NCBI GenBank assembly: GCA_900088475.1
Contig: FLMG01002952.1
Span: forward strand, 1-32,802
Length of the DNA stretch: 32,802 bases
Direction of reading: 5' to 3'
Origin: Hyphochytrium catenoides
Lineage: Eukaryota > Protista > Hyphochytriomycota
Made by a program: the position numbers and the translations under genes. How positions within the stretch are numbered: position 1 is the first letter of the stretch; every line of letters begins with the position of its first letter. Positions 11,588 through 21,676 of this stretch are shown one piece after another. Under the pieces are notes generated by a model that made no database searches, was not told the origin of the DNA, and was given only the letters and a program-made list of their open reading frames with translations.

Positions 11588-12424
11588 TAAGCCTCACCAA
11601 GCGTCAGGGACTGGTAGCAGTCTGCCATGGGTGCCCATTAAGCGGCTCTTCCCATCATATCTCTCTCCACTCTTCCACATCAATGGCTAATTTAATATCT
11701 ACATTCATCTATCTCTTTCTCCTCTGTCTCTCTGACTGCACTCCCTTGACCTGTCATCCAAAGGGAAACAAGGATTCTCCTCTGTCTCTTCTCGTCTTCA
11801 ACTCCCTGTGTCTCTTGACTACTCTGTCTCTTAGCTCATCAAAGTTAATACACTGAAAACCGTCTGTCACAGCTTCCCTCTGTCTTTCCTCACCAATCCT
11901 TGGGTTTGTGGTTGGGACTTCACGTAAAGATACAGCAAGACAGAGCAAAGTACCCTTGAGACAGCGCGACTAAAATTTATATATATAACTATGGCTGTAG
12001 GTCTCATGAGATGTGCCGTGAAGTGACCTATAGAGATAAGAGCTACGGAGCAGAGTGTCTGTTCGATGGCTGGGTAACTGCTCTCCAGCTGCGGTATTAT
12101 TACTGCCCGATTTAGACGGTTGTAGGGGGTTTTACACGACTCATAGAAAACCCCATCGAATCAAGACGAATCACTGTTACGAATGTATATATTCTTAATC
12201 TTTAGAGAAACCTAGAGGTTATTCGTGATCCGCCATTCGTTTGAGGTTATGATAACCTTTAACCTGATTCTACTACTGCACAGATATGATTAACTGAGTG
12301 GTTATCCGCAACGGCTTGGATTTTTGTTGAAGATTTGTGGCTGTCAGATGAAGATCCCAGATTGATTGCCAGAGATTCTCTGGTGAGTGAAGATCCGAGC
12401 GGTGAATGACAGAGACCCGTGCTG

Positions 12425-12811
12425 ATGATGGCCTCTCATGGAGGGCGGGTTGAGGTCCCACAAGAGACACATGAGGGAGAGAGACCAACGGAGGAAGGAG
12501 AGGGGGAGAGCAGAGGGAGAGTTCTATCTACTACGGCAGAGATAGTGAAAGAGGGCAAGGGAGACAGGGTGACAGGAAGAAGACAGATAAACCCTATCGG
12601 CCTTGTATGGCAAAGCGGCCACGTAACCCTTATTGCCCTAGCCGCGGGGTGCTCTTTTGCCGGGATCCTTTTGTTTGGTTCTTTCATGTTTCTTGTCAAG
12701 CCTGTGAAGAAGAAGAAGCCCGAGCGCAAGGCCAGCAAGATGTGGAGGACGAGACATAGGGAAGGAGAGAACTCAGGCACTTGCAAGCTGAGAGAGCAGA
12801 GAGAGAGTTAG
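12425..12811 (+). CDS. Possible small single-pass membrane protein or terminal exon (128 aa from ATG 12425)
   Basis: One hydrophobic segment (VTLIALAAGCSFAGILLFGSFMFLV) directly followed by a basic cluster (KPVKKKKPERK). No recognisable homology. Confidence 0.3.
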   Translation: MMASHGGRVEVPQETHEGERPTEEGEGESRGRVLSTTAEIVKEGKGDRVTGRRQINPIGLVWQSGHVTLIALAAGCSFAGILLFGSFMFLVKPVKKKKPERKASKMWRTRHREGENSGTCKLREQRES

Positions 12812-13662
12812 GATGAGGGGGGAAAAGTGTGAGAGAAAAAAGAGCTGGGCCTTTTGAAAAGTCAAACGAAAACCGAATCTCTTCTCGGTAACCTAAGGGA
12901 TAATAGTCAGGCGTAGGTGTTAAGCTTTAGAGTTGTTTGACTCTGGTCTTTCCCTCACCTGAATGTCCCTTTCTCCTTCATATGGTCAAAAAGCCCTCTT
13001 TCTCCTCTTCTTTGCCTTGTTCTCTCCCTTATGCAAGACTAGCAACGGAAGGCCGCTGGATTTTGGCGCTTGGGACAGGGCAGAAACTCTGAGAGAACAA
13101 ACTCCTAGAGAAGAGACACAGAGAGGGACAGGCTGTGAACAACGGATGACAAAGGAGAGCGAGAGAGAATAGCATCGCTGCCATCTGAGGGAGGGCCAAA
13201 CTGTGCTTTCAATATTATCATATCAATATCACCCGCTAAAAAATCTATACAGACTGGACTGGTGAGGAGACAGAGTGATCAAGACAGTGCAGATTGCTTA
13301 TCTGCAGGTGCAACATACAGATTTGGTTTTTGTCTGGGACGAGCTGGTGAGGAGAAGACGACGACCCCGTCGCTCTTAAGACCAAAGAATCTCATTCCAC
13401 TGGATGGAGCACTGTTATCTCCTTCTTTGGCTAACGCTTCTCCTGCCGTCACCCTAGCATCCACCTACCATCTCTTGATGATGAGAGAAAGAGAGAAAAT
13501 GTCTTTCTTGTTCAGGAAACAGAGAGAACCGACGTTTTTTGCCTGCTGCTGTAAGCGCCCGGGCTGAGGAGGAAGAGAAGGGAAGAAACTGGGGTGCAGC
13601 CCAGGAAAGGCATAAGGATATAGAGGGGCAGTCTTCCTTCTGTCTCTTCGAAGAGGTCATGC

Positions 13663-14919
13663 TTAGGAGGTGAGTAGCAGCTCTTTCCTACTGTCTCTCT
13701 TGACTTTGTCCTTGTCCTCTTCTTCCTCGGTTACAGGCGCCTCCGTGTTATCTTGAGGCTCAGTTTCACACTTCTTTATCTCTAACTTCTGCACGGTTGA
13801 TGGCCGTTCGGAACTGTCCTGTGAAGAAGGAAGATAACCCTCGAGGTAGTAAGAAGAGAGCCCTGCCTCCTCTCTCTCTCCTTCCGTCAAGTCTCCAAGA
13901 TCGTCTGTTCCCTCTTTCTGCTTTGGAGTCCAGAAGAGCCAGGAGAAGAAGAGAAAGGCAAGAAACTCCATGATAGCAAAGAGTCTGAAAGCATCAAAGT
14001 ATCGTGCTTCATAGGGATGGCGAGAGTACGATGGCGAGAAGCAGATGATGATGACAAGAATGTCTGCAAGAGCGATGAGAGACACAAAGGACGCGATAAC
14101 CAGGACGCTCTTCATAATCTTCGTCATCGCGTCCCACTTTCTCCCCAGCGACGGACAGAGAAGACCTAGAAGCGACGAGATAGCTTTCTGGACGTTGTTT
14201 GTCGAGTTGTCGTTTCCACCCAGCGCCACTTTCATCTTCTCCATCTGCTGCCACTCTTCCGCCTTATCGTGCGGGGTGACGCTAGAGCTCATCACCACGA
14301 TGAGGGAAAGAGCGCGTGTGTCTGAGAGATACGCTCTCATCCTCCTCTCCATCGGCATCGCCATATAGACAATGTATGCGGCATAGATGAGGAGGAGGAC
14401 AAGAACTAGAGAGAAGAGAGCTCCATAGACAATTGAGTAGTCTTTCCATGGGTCGAGAGAGGTAAGGATAGCGACCGAAAGGATGATCATCCACGTTATC
14501 CCCACACAAATGGCTGAGATCGCCTTCAGATGCATCCCAAACCAGCCAGGCTTGACCAGCGTCTGGGCGAGAGAGAACCAGAGCACGCAGAAGATGAAGG
14601 CGATTGTGAAAAGACAGCAGTTGCCCACAGCCTCGGAGAGAGCAAAAAAAGAGAAAGGAAGCACTGCTCCTTCTCCTGCCGGGTCCACTGCTCTAATAAT
14701 AAATGACGGCGGGACAAGCGAGAGAAAGGGGAAAATGGTTCGCTGCGTGATAGTTCCTCTGACGCAGAAATTCCGGAAGAGACAGAGGAGGAGAATGCTT
14801 GTGGCGATGCCGAAGGCAGCGTAACACTTTTGCCAAGCATAATATTGAGACTCTGGAATATCCTTGAGCAAGGTCTCACAGGAGGGAGGCACCCACGGCC
14901 AGCTACAGTTATGATCCAT
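13663..14919 (-). CDS. Intronless 418-aa seven-transmembrane GPCR-like protein (possibly THH1/TOM1/GPR137-like)
   Basis: Continuous, microsatellite-free ATG-TAA ORF with seven hydrophobic segments (~aa 27-50, 60-78, 89-117, 131-155, 161-188, 268-294, 307-330). It has a long TM5-TM6 loop, an N-terminal NCS sequon with a Cys pair, a RAVDPAG motif after TM2 and a charged S/T-rich C-tail. The family assignment is tentative. Confidence 0.8.
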   Translation of the reverse strand: MDHNCSWPWVPPSCETLLKDIPESQYYAWQKCYAAFGIATSILLLCLFRNFCVRGTITQRTIFPFLSLVPPSFIIRAVDPAGEGAVLPFSFFALSEAVGNCCLFTIAFIFCVLWFSLAQTLVKPGWFGMHLKAISAICVGITWMIILSVAILTSLDPWKDYSIVYGALFSLVLVLLLIYAAYIVYMAMPMERRMRAYLSDTRALSLIVVMSSSVTPHDKAEEWQQMEKMKVALGGNDNSTNNVQKAISSLLGLLCPSLGRKWDAMTKIMKSVLVIASFVSLIALADILVIIICFSPSYSRHPYEARYFDAFRLFAIMEFLAFLFFSWLFWTPKQKEGTDDLGDLTEGEREEAGLSSYYLEGYLPSSQDSSERPSTVQKLEIKKCETEPQDNTEAPVTEEEEDKDKVKRDSRKELLLTS

Positions 14920-15455
14920 GAGGCAGGAGGAAGAGGGACAGGCGTGGAAAGACTGAAAGACGGATAAAGAGAGAGGAGAGAATCTGTGGAATCGCCTCCT
15001 CCTCGTCTGTTCCCGCTAACCTCCGTCCGCTTCTATCGGGGAGGTAGAGAGAAAGGGGAAAGTCGCATGCCAAGAGGTTGGAGGGCAATCTCTGCTCTTT
15101 GAAGTGGTGAAATAGCTTTGCTGTCTTCTTCCGTGAGAGTGAGAATCTTCGGAAGTTGTGGTGGGAGCAGGAGCTGGGAGAACGGGAAGAAGAGACTGTG
15201 GACGGCAGATGACGATGATGAGGCTGGCGGTGGGAGGCTGCGCTGCTATTCAAAGGGAAGAGGAGACTCTGTGTCCTCCTGTCGGCTCCTATTCCTCTCT
15301 TTCCCTTCTTTCTTTGTGGCCAAGTGGTTCCTCTCGGGTCAGTCGGGCTCTTCACAGTGATGGTGCGTGCGACCAAAGAAAGACTTAGACTACCTCAAAG
15401 CGGGAGGGAGTTTGAAGAGAGAGAAAGGACGAGAAGAGAGAGAGAGAGAGAGACA

Positions 15456-15487
<32 letters not shown>

Positions 15488-17472
15488 CAGAGAGAGAGAG
15501 AGATGAGGGAGGGAATTGTGCCGAAGAGAGAGAGAGAGAGAGACAGGGAAACGTCAGGAAGTTAAACGCTCTCACTTTCATTAACTCTCTAACTAAAGTC
15601 ATCATCTATCTCTGTTTCTCTCCCCTCTACTCTCCATTCTCTCTCTTCTGTCTCCGATACACTTCAACAGGCTTTGGGGATGCTGAGAGAGAGCAAGAAG
15701 CCCGTCACTGAGAGAGAGTGAGAGCTCAACAAGGAGTACGATGATGGAAAGCAAGAGAGAAAAAGGGAGAGAGGAGAGAGAGAAAACGGAAACAGAGGAA
15801 ACAAGAGGAAGAAAGAGAGAGAAGACAGAGTGGGAGAAGAGAGAGAAAATTGCAGAAAAGAGATTATTGGTGGGAGAGTGAGGGACATGGGAGAGAGAGA
15901 GAAAGAGAAAGAGAGAGAGAGAGAACGAGAGAGAGAAAGAGAAAGAGAGAGAGAGAGGGAGAGAAAGAGAGAGAGAGCGAGGGAGATGGACAGAGACCAT
16001 CAGGCGGTTTGGTAGGAGCACTAAACATCAAGAGGCCAGAAAGATCAGGAGAGAATAATATCCCTGATCATAGACAGAGAGCACCCAAGAAGGAGACAGA
16101 GAATGCATAGATGCAGAGCATTTGTCTGAAGCAGCACTAGATAAACGTTTATATAGCTTACGATTGGTTGATCAAGAGACAGAAACCAGTCATATGTCCA
16201 CAATAGAAACAGAGCCCCAAGAGATAGCCTGGTATAGGAGGTCAAGGGGCCAAACACATTGTTGTTTCTCCTTTCCTAGAATTTTGGAGCGTGTCTTGTC
16301 CTAAAGCAACCAAGACGAAGAGGTAGGACTTCATTTCCAAAGTTGGTCTACGATCAGGGTTTGAGCACTGATGCAGCTAGGCTTTGATAATATGAGAATC
16401 GGCTTAGGAATAGGTTTAGGATGTGGGCGAAGGTATGTAGAATGGCCAAACCTAAACCTTGGATATTCGGTCTCAAAGAATGTTTCCCGGTAAGGATCCA
16501 AACTTACATCAGCGTTTCTTTCATGCCCTTCCACAGTAGAACATATACATTTGCTTCAGACTGAATGTTTCGCTCTTTTGAAATGTATTTGTGCTAGAAA
16601 GACTAAGACAGCGAGTCATCGTCCTACTTGGGTAGACTTTCCAATATTTTGGCTGAGAAACTTTGTGCTTTTAGGACAATGGAGAGAGAAAGATGAGCTT
16701 TTCTAGGATGCAAACTTGACCAGATTTTTGACTTGTATTTAGACAGACATATGAACCGTTTAGAACTGGATAAGTATGATCACAAGCGGAAAGTCCATTG
16801 AGGCTCATGGACTAACACAGAAAAGAAAAAAAGGTTGACTGAATTTGCTGCCGTTGTTTTTTTATTGACCAGACGACAGCAGCTATAACCACGTCTAAAC
16901 CGCCCGAATTTAGCGACGAGGAAAGCTGCTAACCTTCTCTGTGTCTGCAGAGGAAGTGGTAAATGTGCAGCTCATTATTCTCGGTAACAGGCTATTTAAG
17001 TTCGGTGCAGCGTTGATGCGTTAAGAAATTCCTTCCTCTTACCTTCGGGAGCTTTCCCCTTCCTTTTCTCCCCTTTCTATTCTGTCATCTCTCAGATTAT
17101 ATTCTCTCCTTTCTCTTTCGATGCTCCTTTTGAAGGACAGGAAGAGACAGGGAAACGCTTCAGGAGCAATAGAAGACAAGGAGGGAATGGACGGAGAAAG
17201 GAGAGAGAAAGAGTAAAGAGACCAACAGCTAGACACCAAAGAGAAAGAAGAAAGAGAAAGAGAGATAGGTCTACGCCCACACAAGAGAAAGAGGAGAAGA
17301 GAGAGAGAGAGAGAAAAAGAGAGAGAAGTAGAAAGAAAGAGAGAACGAGAGAAAGAGAGAGAGAGAAAGAGAGAAAGAGAGAGAGAGAGAAAGAGAAAGA
17401 GAGAGAGAGAGAAAGAGAGAGCATTACAAGCAGTCGAGCAGACAGGGAAGGCAGCATCAAAGCATCAATCAA

Positions 17473-17508
17473 TTGGGGCCAAGGTTGGGGCCAAGGTTGG
17501 GGCCAAGG
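17473..17508. repeat. Tandem repeat (TTGGGGCCAAGG)x3
   Basis: Three exact 12-bp copies read directly from the sequence. Confidence 0.9.
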
Positions 17509-20425
17509 GCTTCTGCTTTGCTTTGCTTTGTATGGCGCTTTGTATGGACAAGGACAATCATTGGGCACCCATGGCTCGAGCTCTATCAACGGCTTTGACA
17601 CTGTCAAACCTGTGCGTCACTGGCGTAGAATATCCAAAATACTATGAGGAGTATCAGCCAACACGTCTTCCTCTGTCTCGTCTTTCTGTCTCCGTCCTTT
17701 CCCCCACGGAACTCAGCTTACATTGGACCGCCAAAGTTAGTGTATGTATGAAGTGATGAACAGCACTGTTGCTTGCTTTTGAACCAAAGTTGGCGGTGGT
17801 AATGGAACCTGTGCAGCTGCAGCGGACTCAGCAGCGTCAGCAGTTAGAACTGTTGTTAGACCTGCAATCACATTCCCTCGTTTTCGAGGTTGTACCCTCT
17901 GGATTCGTTTATTAGTGAGTTCATCTATGATGTGGTTTAGAGTAAACTACCGAGGTGTGGCTGATGAGGGCAGGTATCAAGAGCTTTATGAAAGCTCTGG
18001 CTTTCCCTTGTTCCTTCTTAGTTGTGGCTCCATCAACACAGATCAATCAACCCATTTTCGGTCTTCCATAGCTCTTTGTCACGTTTTGTCTTTGTCCAGT
18101 TGTTTCCATCATGGATAGATAATATCATAATATTCACAATCTTGAGGGAGACTTACACTTCCTAGTATTATATTGTGAGCTGTCAACAGCTTCCAATAGA
18201 ACCTCTGCGCCTACCCTAAAGTGTATCATCAGGAACTCCTCGCTATCTGCAAATATCTGCCTTCGTTTCTTCATGCAAAAGTCACCAAGAGTAGTAGCTC
18301 TGATAATACAGAGGCAGCTACAGAGGCCACAGAAAAAAAGCTACTTTCTCCGCCCGCAGGGGTGATTGACCGAGAAGGTCATTGAGAAATCTCCCTAGCA
18401 ATCCGCAACATAGCAATCAAAGAGGAAGGTAGCCCTAGCTTACTATGTGAACCACTGAGAGACGACGCGAATCACTGAAAGAGGACAAGATTACTCAGGA
18501 TGTGGAATCAGGAGTGTCTTATAAACCTTATAAGGAAGGGACCCCTTTGCAGCGAGAAAAGCAGAAAGAAATGTTAGGTGACCGATTGGCATGGACTGAA
18601 GATAGAGCACAAGGCAAGATGTAGATTGGTCCTGCCGAGAAGAACAGAATATTGCACAGGATGTCAGTAGTAAGTCCTGTTCTGGAGGAGAGGTAACTTT
18701 ATATCATATATTCACAAAGCAATCTGGTGGCTAGTCTTGCTCTCGATCTCTTATCTCTCGATAACTCTTTCTAGCCTGCAGAGCATGTCCGGTTGGCGGC
18801 AACGATGCTGGTCGCTCGTGGTCGTGGGAAGGGAAATTTTACTTTCATAAAGGAATATCTACAGTTAGATGGGTAGATGGGGACCTCTACTCTCTTTCTA
18901 ATAGTAGATCACCCTTTCCCAGGGCAAGATTACCACTATTAACTGTGCAAGAGAAGGCGATGGAAAGCGCGGCAAGGTATAAATAGTTAGGCAAACCTGG
19001 AAGAAGACGCGGAAGCTGACAACTTCTCATATCTTCTCTCCTCTGTTCAACAACTCATACCTAATAAGCTAGTAGCGGCCCACAGAACTAGTCTGGCGAC
19101 GCTATGCAGATTATCCAACCAGCTGAGCACTAACAATCTCAGCAGCCCCCATGTCCCAAAAGGCCGGTGTGGACAACTCATCAATCATCACCACTCTCCT
19201 ATAGGCGAGAGAAGCCGTAGTAGCTCTCCCACTTCAGTGTCCACGAGATGAGCACCACAGAGCTTCGCAAGTCTCCTTTATGACCTCAACACCGCAGAAG
19301 TAGCCTTCTTGTACCCTTATAGCTTATAGTGCATGCCATAGCAGCGAGAGACCGGCACTGCGCCTTGTCTCCTCGCACTCTGTTGACACCTGCTGCTGAA
19401 GAGGGAGCCATCCATGGCAGCGAGACGGCAGACGGCACGACGCCCTGTTCCCTTGCACTCTGCTGGCACTTGCTGCTGGGGAGCGAGCAGGAAGAAAGCG
19501 TTGACACTTTATGGATGATCTACGAACTGTTTCTCGCATCGATAGGCATATAAACAGGTAAAATGGTATCTCAAGCCGACTCTGTCTAGTTCTTTGTGGC
19601 TGTTCCGTGTCTGCACCTGTACTGAAGGAGAAGGAGGAGGTAACAAACCCTTGACCCTTGAAGTCGAATATTAGGGATCTAAACCCCTGGGGGGTGACTA
19701 TTACGATAACATAATGGCTTGTATTCCTGATATTTACTGAAGAAGGTTTGAAGTGTCTACACAGTTACTTTACGGTAAACATGGCTGGTCCCTTGCTTTC
19801 TGTCACTCTGTCTTGTGACTGGCGCCATTGTTCCGTGGGTTATCTACCTCTTTACCTGTACATTCTGGTCCTCNNNNNNNNNNNNNNNNNNNNNNNNNNN
19901 NNNNNNNNNNNNNNNNNNNNNNNNNNNNNNNNNNNNNNNNNNNNNNNNNNNNNNTCTCTCTCTCTCGCTCTCGCTCCCTCTCCCTTTTTCTCTTTCTTTC
20001 TTCACTCTCGCTTTCTCATCACTCTCGCTCTCAAGTTCTGCTCCCCATTCTCTCGCTTCTCTGTAAGACAGATCTCTCATACACACTCTTACTCCCCGTT
20101 CCCTTCTCTCTTTCATTTGCTGTTTCCCTCTCTTGTCTCCCTTCTCTCTTGTTTGTCGAGGACGAGGAAGAGGATTGGTCACTTCTTGGCCACGTTCCTT
20201 TCCTTCCATTCTGTAGATCGCTTGCCAAGTTCAATCGACCGATCACCCGTTCTCTATCAGCCTCTCTACCTCTCAGTAGGAAAGAGCTCATCGGCAAAGC
20301 CCATTCGCTATTCTCTTTTCTGGTCTGTTCCTCTCTCTTATTGCAGGCTCTTCTCTGTCTCTGTCTTTCTTCTCTGTGTTTCTTTAAGTCTCTGTTATGA
20401 CCTCGCCTCAGGTAAACAGTTCACG

Positions 20426-21160
20426 ATGACAATGTCACGCTCTCTGTCTCTCGAGCTCGAAGAGTTCCAACAGTCCAACTTCCCTGGGAACACCTCCAAT
20501 AACCTCGCCCACCAGCTGCCGACGCCAACCGGAGCAGATGCAGCGCTCTGTGAAGCCCAAGATGAAGGTCTCTGCATCAAAGTTCTCGATGTCACGCCAA
20601 CTCACGTGCACGAAGAAGGAACCTGGGAGTTCTGCATCACTTTCTTTCACTATCAGAGCAAGAAGACGCACTTCATATATAGAAAGTACCGCGACATTCG
20701 AAGAGCAAAGTCTGAGATCTGCGGCTATCTGATGCTCGTAGAGAAGACACCGGAGTATCAAACCATAGCAAGGAAAATTATAGATCAGAAGTTCCCTAGA
20801 AGGCGCATTCTCTCCCACAAGCGGTCCGATGTGGCGTATGAACGCGCTGATTTGCTGAAAAAATGGCTAGAAAACACGATGAACATGCTGGCGGCAGTGC
20901 GGGCGGAAAGAGCCGATGCCGGAAAGAGAGTTAGAGCCTCCCACGTCTTTGAAATGGCCTGGACGGAGATTTTCTTCCTTCTCTTTAAAGAGAGACACGA
21001 GCATCTAAGAACCGCAAGCACTTTGGTGGGAGGAAGACGAACCCCGAGCCCCGTCAAGACGTCCTCGTCTTCTACGAAGAGCAGTCTGCACAGCGTCCTG
21101 CCAAGCATCTGTGAAGATGAGACAGAGACACCAGAGGAAGTACCAATGCAGTACGCTTAA
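20426..21160 (+). CDS. PX (phox homology) domain protein, 244 aa
   Basis: Open ATG-TAA frame with PX-like motifs in the expected order: beta-strands, IYRKYRDI (RRYxxF-like), KFPRRR (PPII loop), ERADLLKKWL (ERRxxLxxYL-like). The upstream part of the 470-aa ORF call is CT microsatellite or intron. An acceptor-like CTCAG ending at 20411 may link to upstream exons. Confidence 0.75.
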   Translation: MTMSRSLSLELEEFQQSNFPGNTSNNLAHQLPTPTGADAALCEAQDEGLCIKVLDVTPTHVHEEGTWEFCITFFHYQSKKTHFIYRKYRDIRRAKSEICGYLMLVEKTPEYQTIARKIIDQKFPRRRILSHKRSDVAYERADLLKKWLENTMNMLAAVRAERADAGKRVRASHVFEMAWTEIFFLLFKERHEHLRTASTLVGGRRTPSPVKTSSSSTKSSLHSVLPSICEDETETPEEVPMQYA

Positions 21161-21676
21161 GAGCACCAGCACCTGCCTACCAGACTCCTTCTCCGGACAC
21201 ATTCTGAAGACTTTTTATCTCTCTCTTTCCTCTCCATCTCTCTTCCAGAGAGTTATGGCGTCTCTCTCTCTCTCTCTCTTAGAACAGCAGATATGCTGGT
21301 CTTCCATTTCCTCATATTTTGAGATGCTCCTTCTTATCTTTCTTTCCTAGAGCGGGCTCCACAGCGCCGGAATCCGTAGAAGGCACAGAAGGCTTGTCAT
21401 CGACATCATGGGCACTCTTCTCTTGGTTAATATATTCTATTAGCGTCACGTGGCTTGAAGGAGCAAGCCCTAGAGTTCTTTAGCACACCGCGGTCCGCGC
21501 CGTAGCTAACAGTAGATATCAGGAAGATAAGGCAACGAAAGCAGTAGAAGATATGAAGATAGAATCGTGTGTGTGTGTGAGAGAGAGAGAGAGCATGGGC
21601 AGTACTCTCCATACTATTAAGGCGAATGCGCCAACAAGAGGCCAGGAATGAGAGAGATAGAGAGTTGACCGAGCAA

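Noticed and set aside
17473-17508. CRISPR array or telomeric repeat
   Set aside because: There are no spacers, only three head-to-tail copies, and the TTGGGG units are interrupted by CCAAGG.
19329-19553. Ankyrin-like fragment (DGTTP) in a short + ORF
   Set aside because: It has only a few matching residues and lacks the TPLH..A..G consensus and repeat periodicity.
19748-20425. N-terminal half of the 470-aa ORF call
   Set aside because: It is pyrimidine-rich intron/UTR-like sequence containing an N gap and starts at a non-ATG codon.
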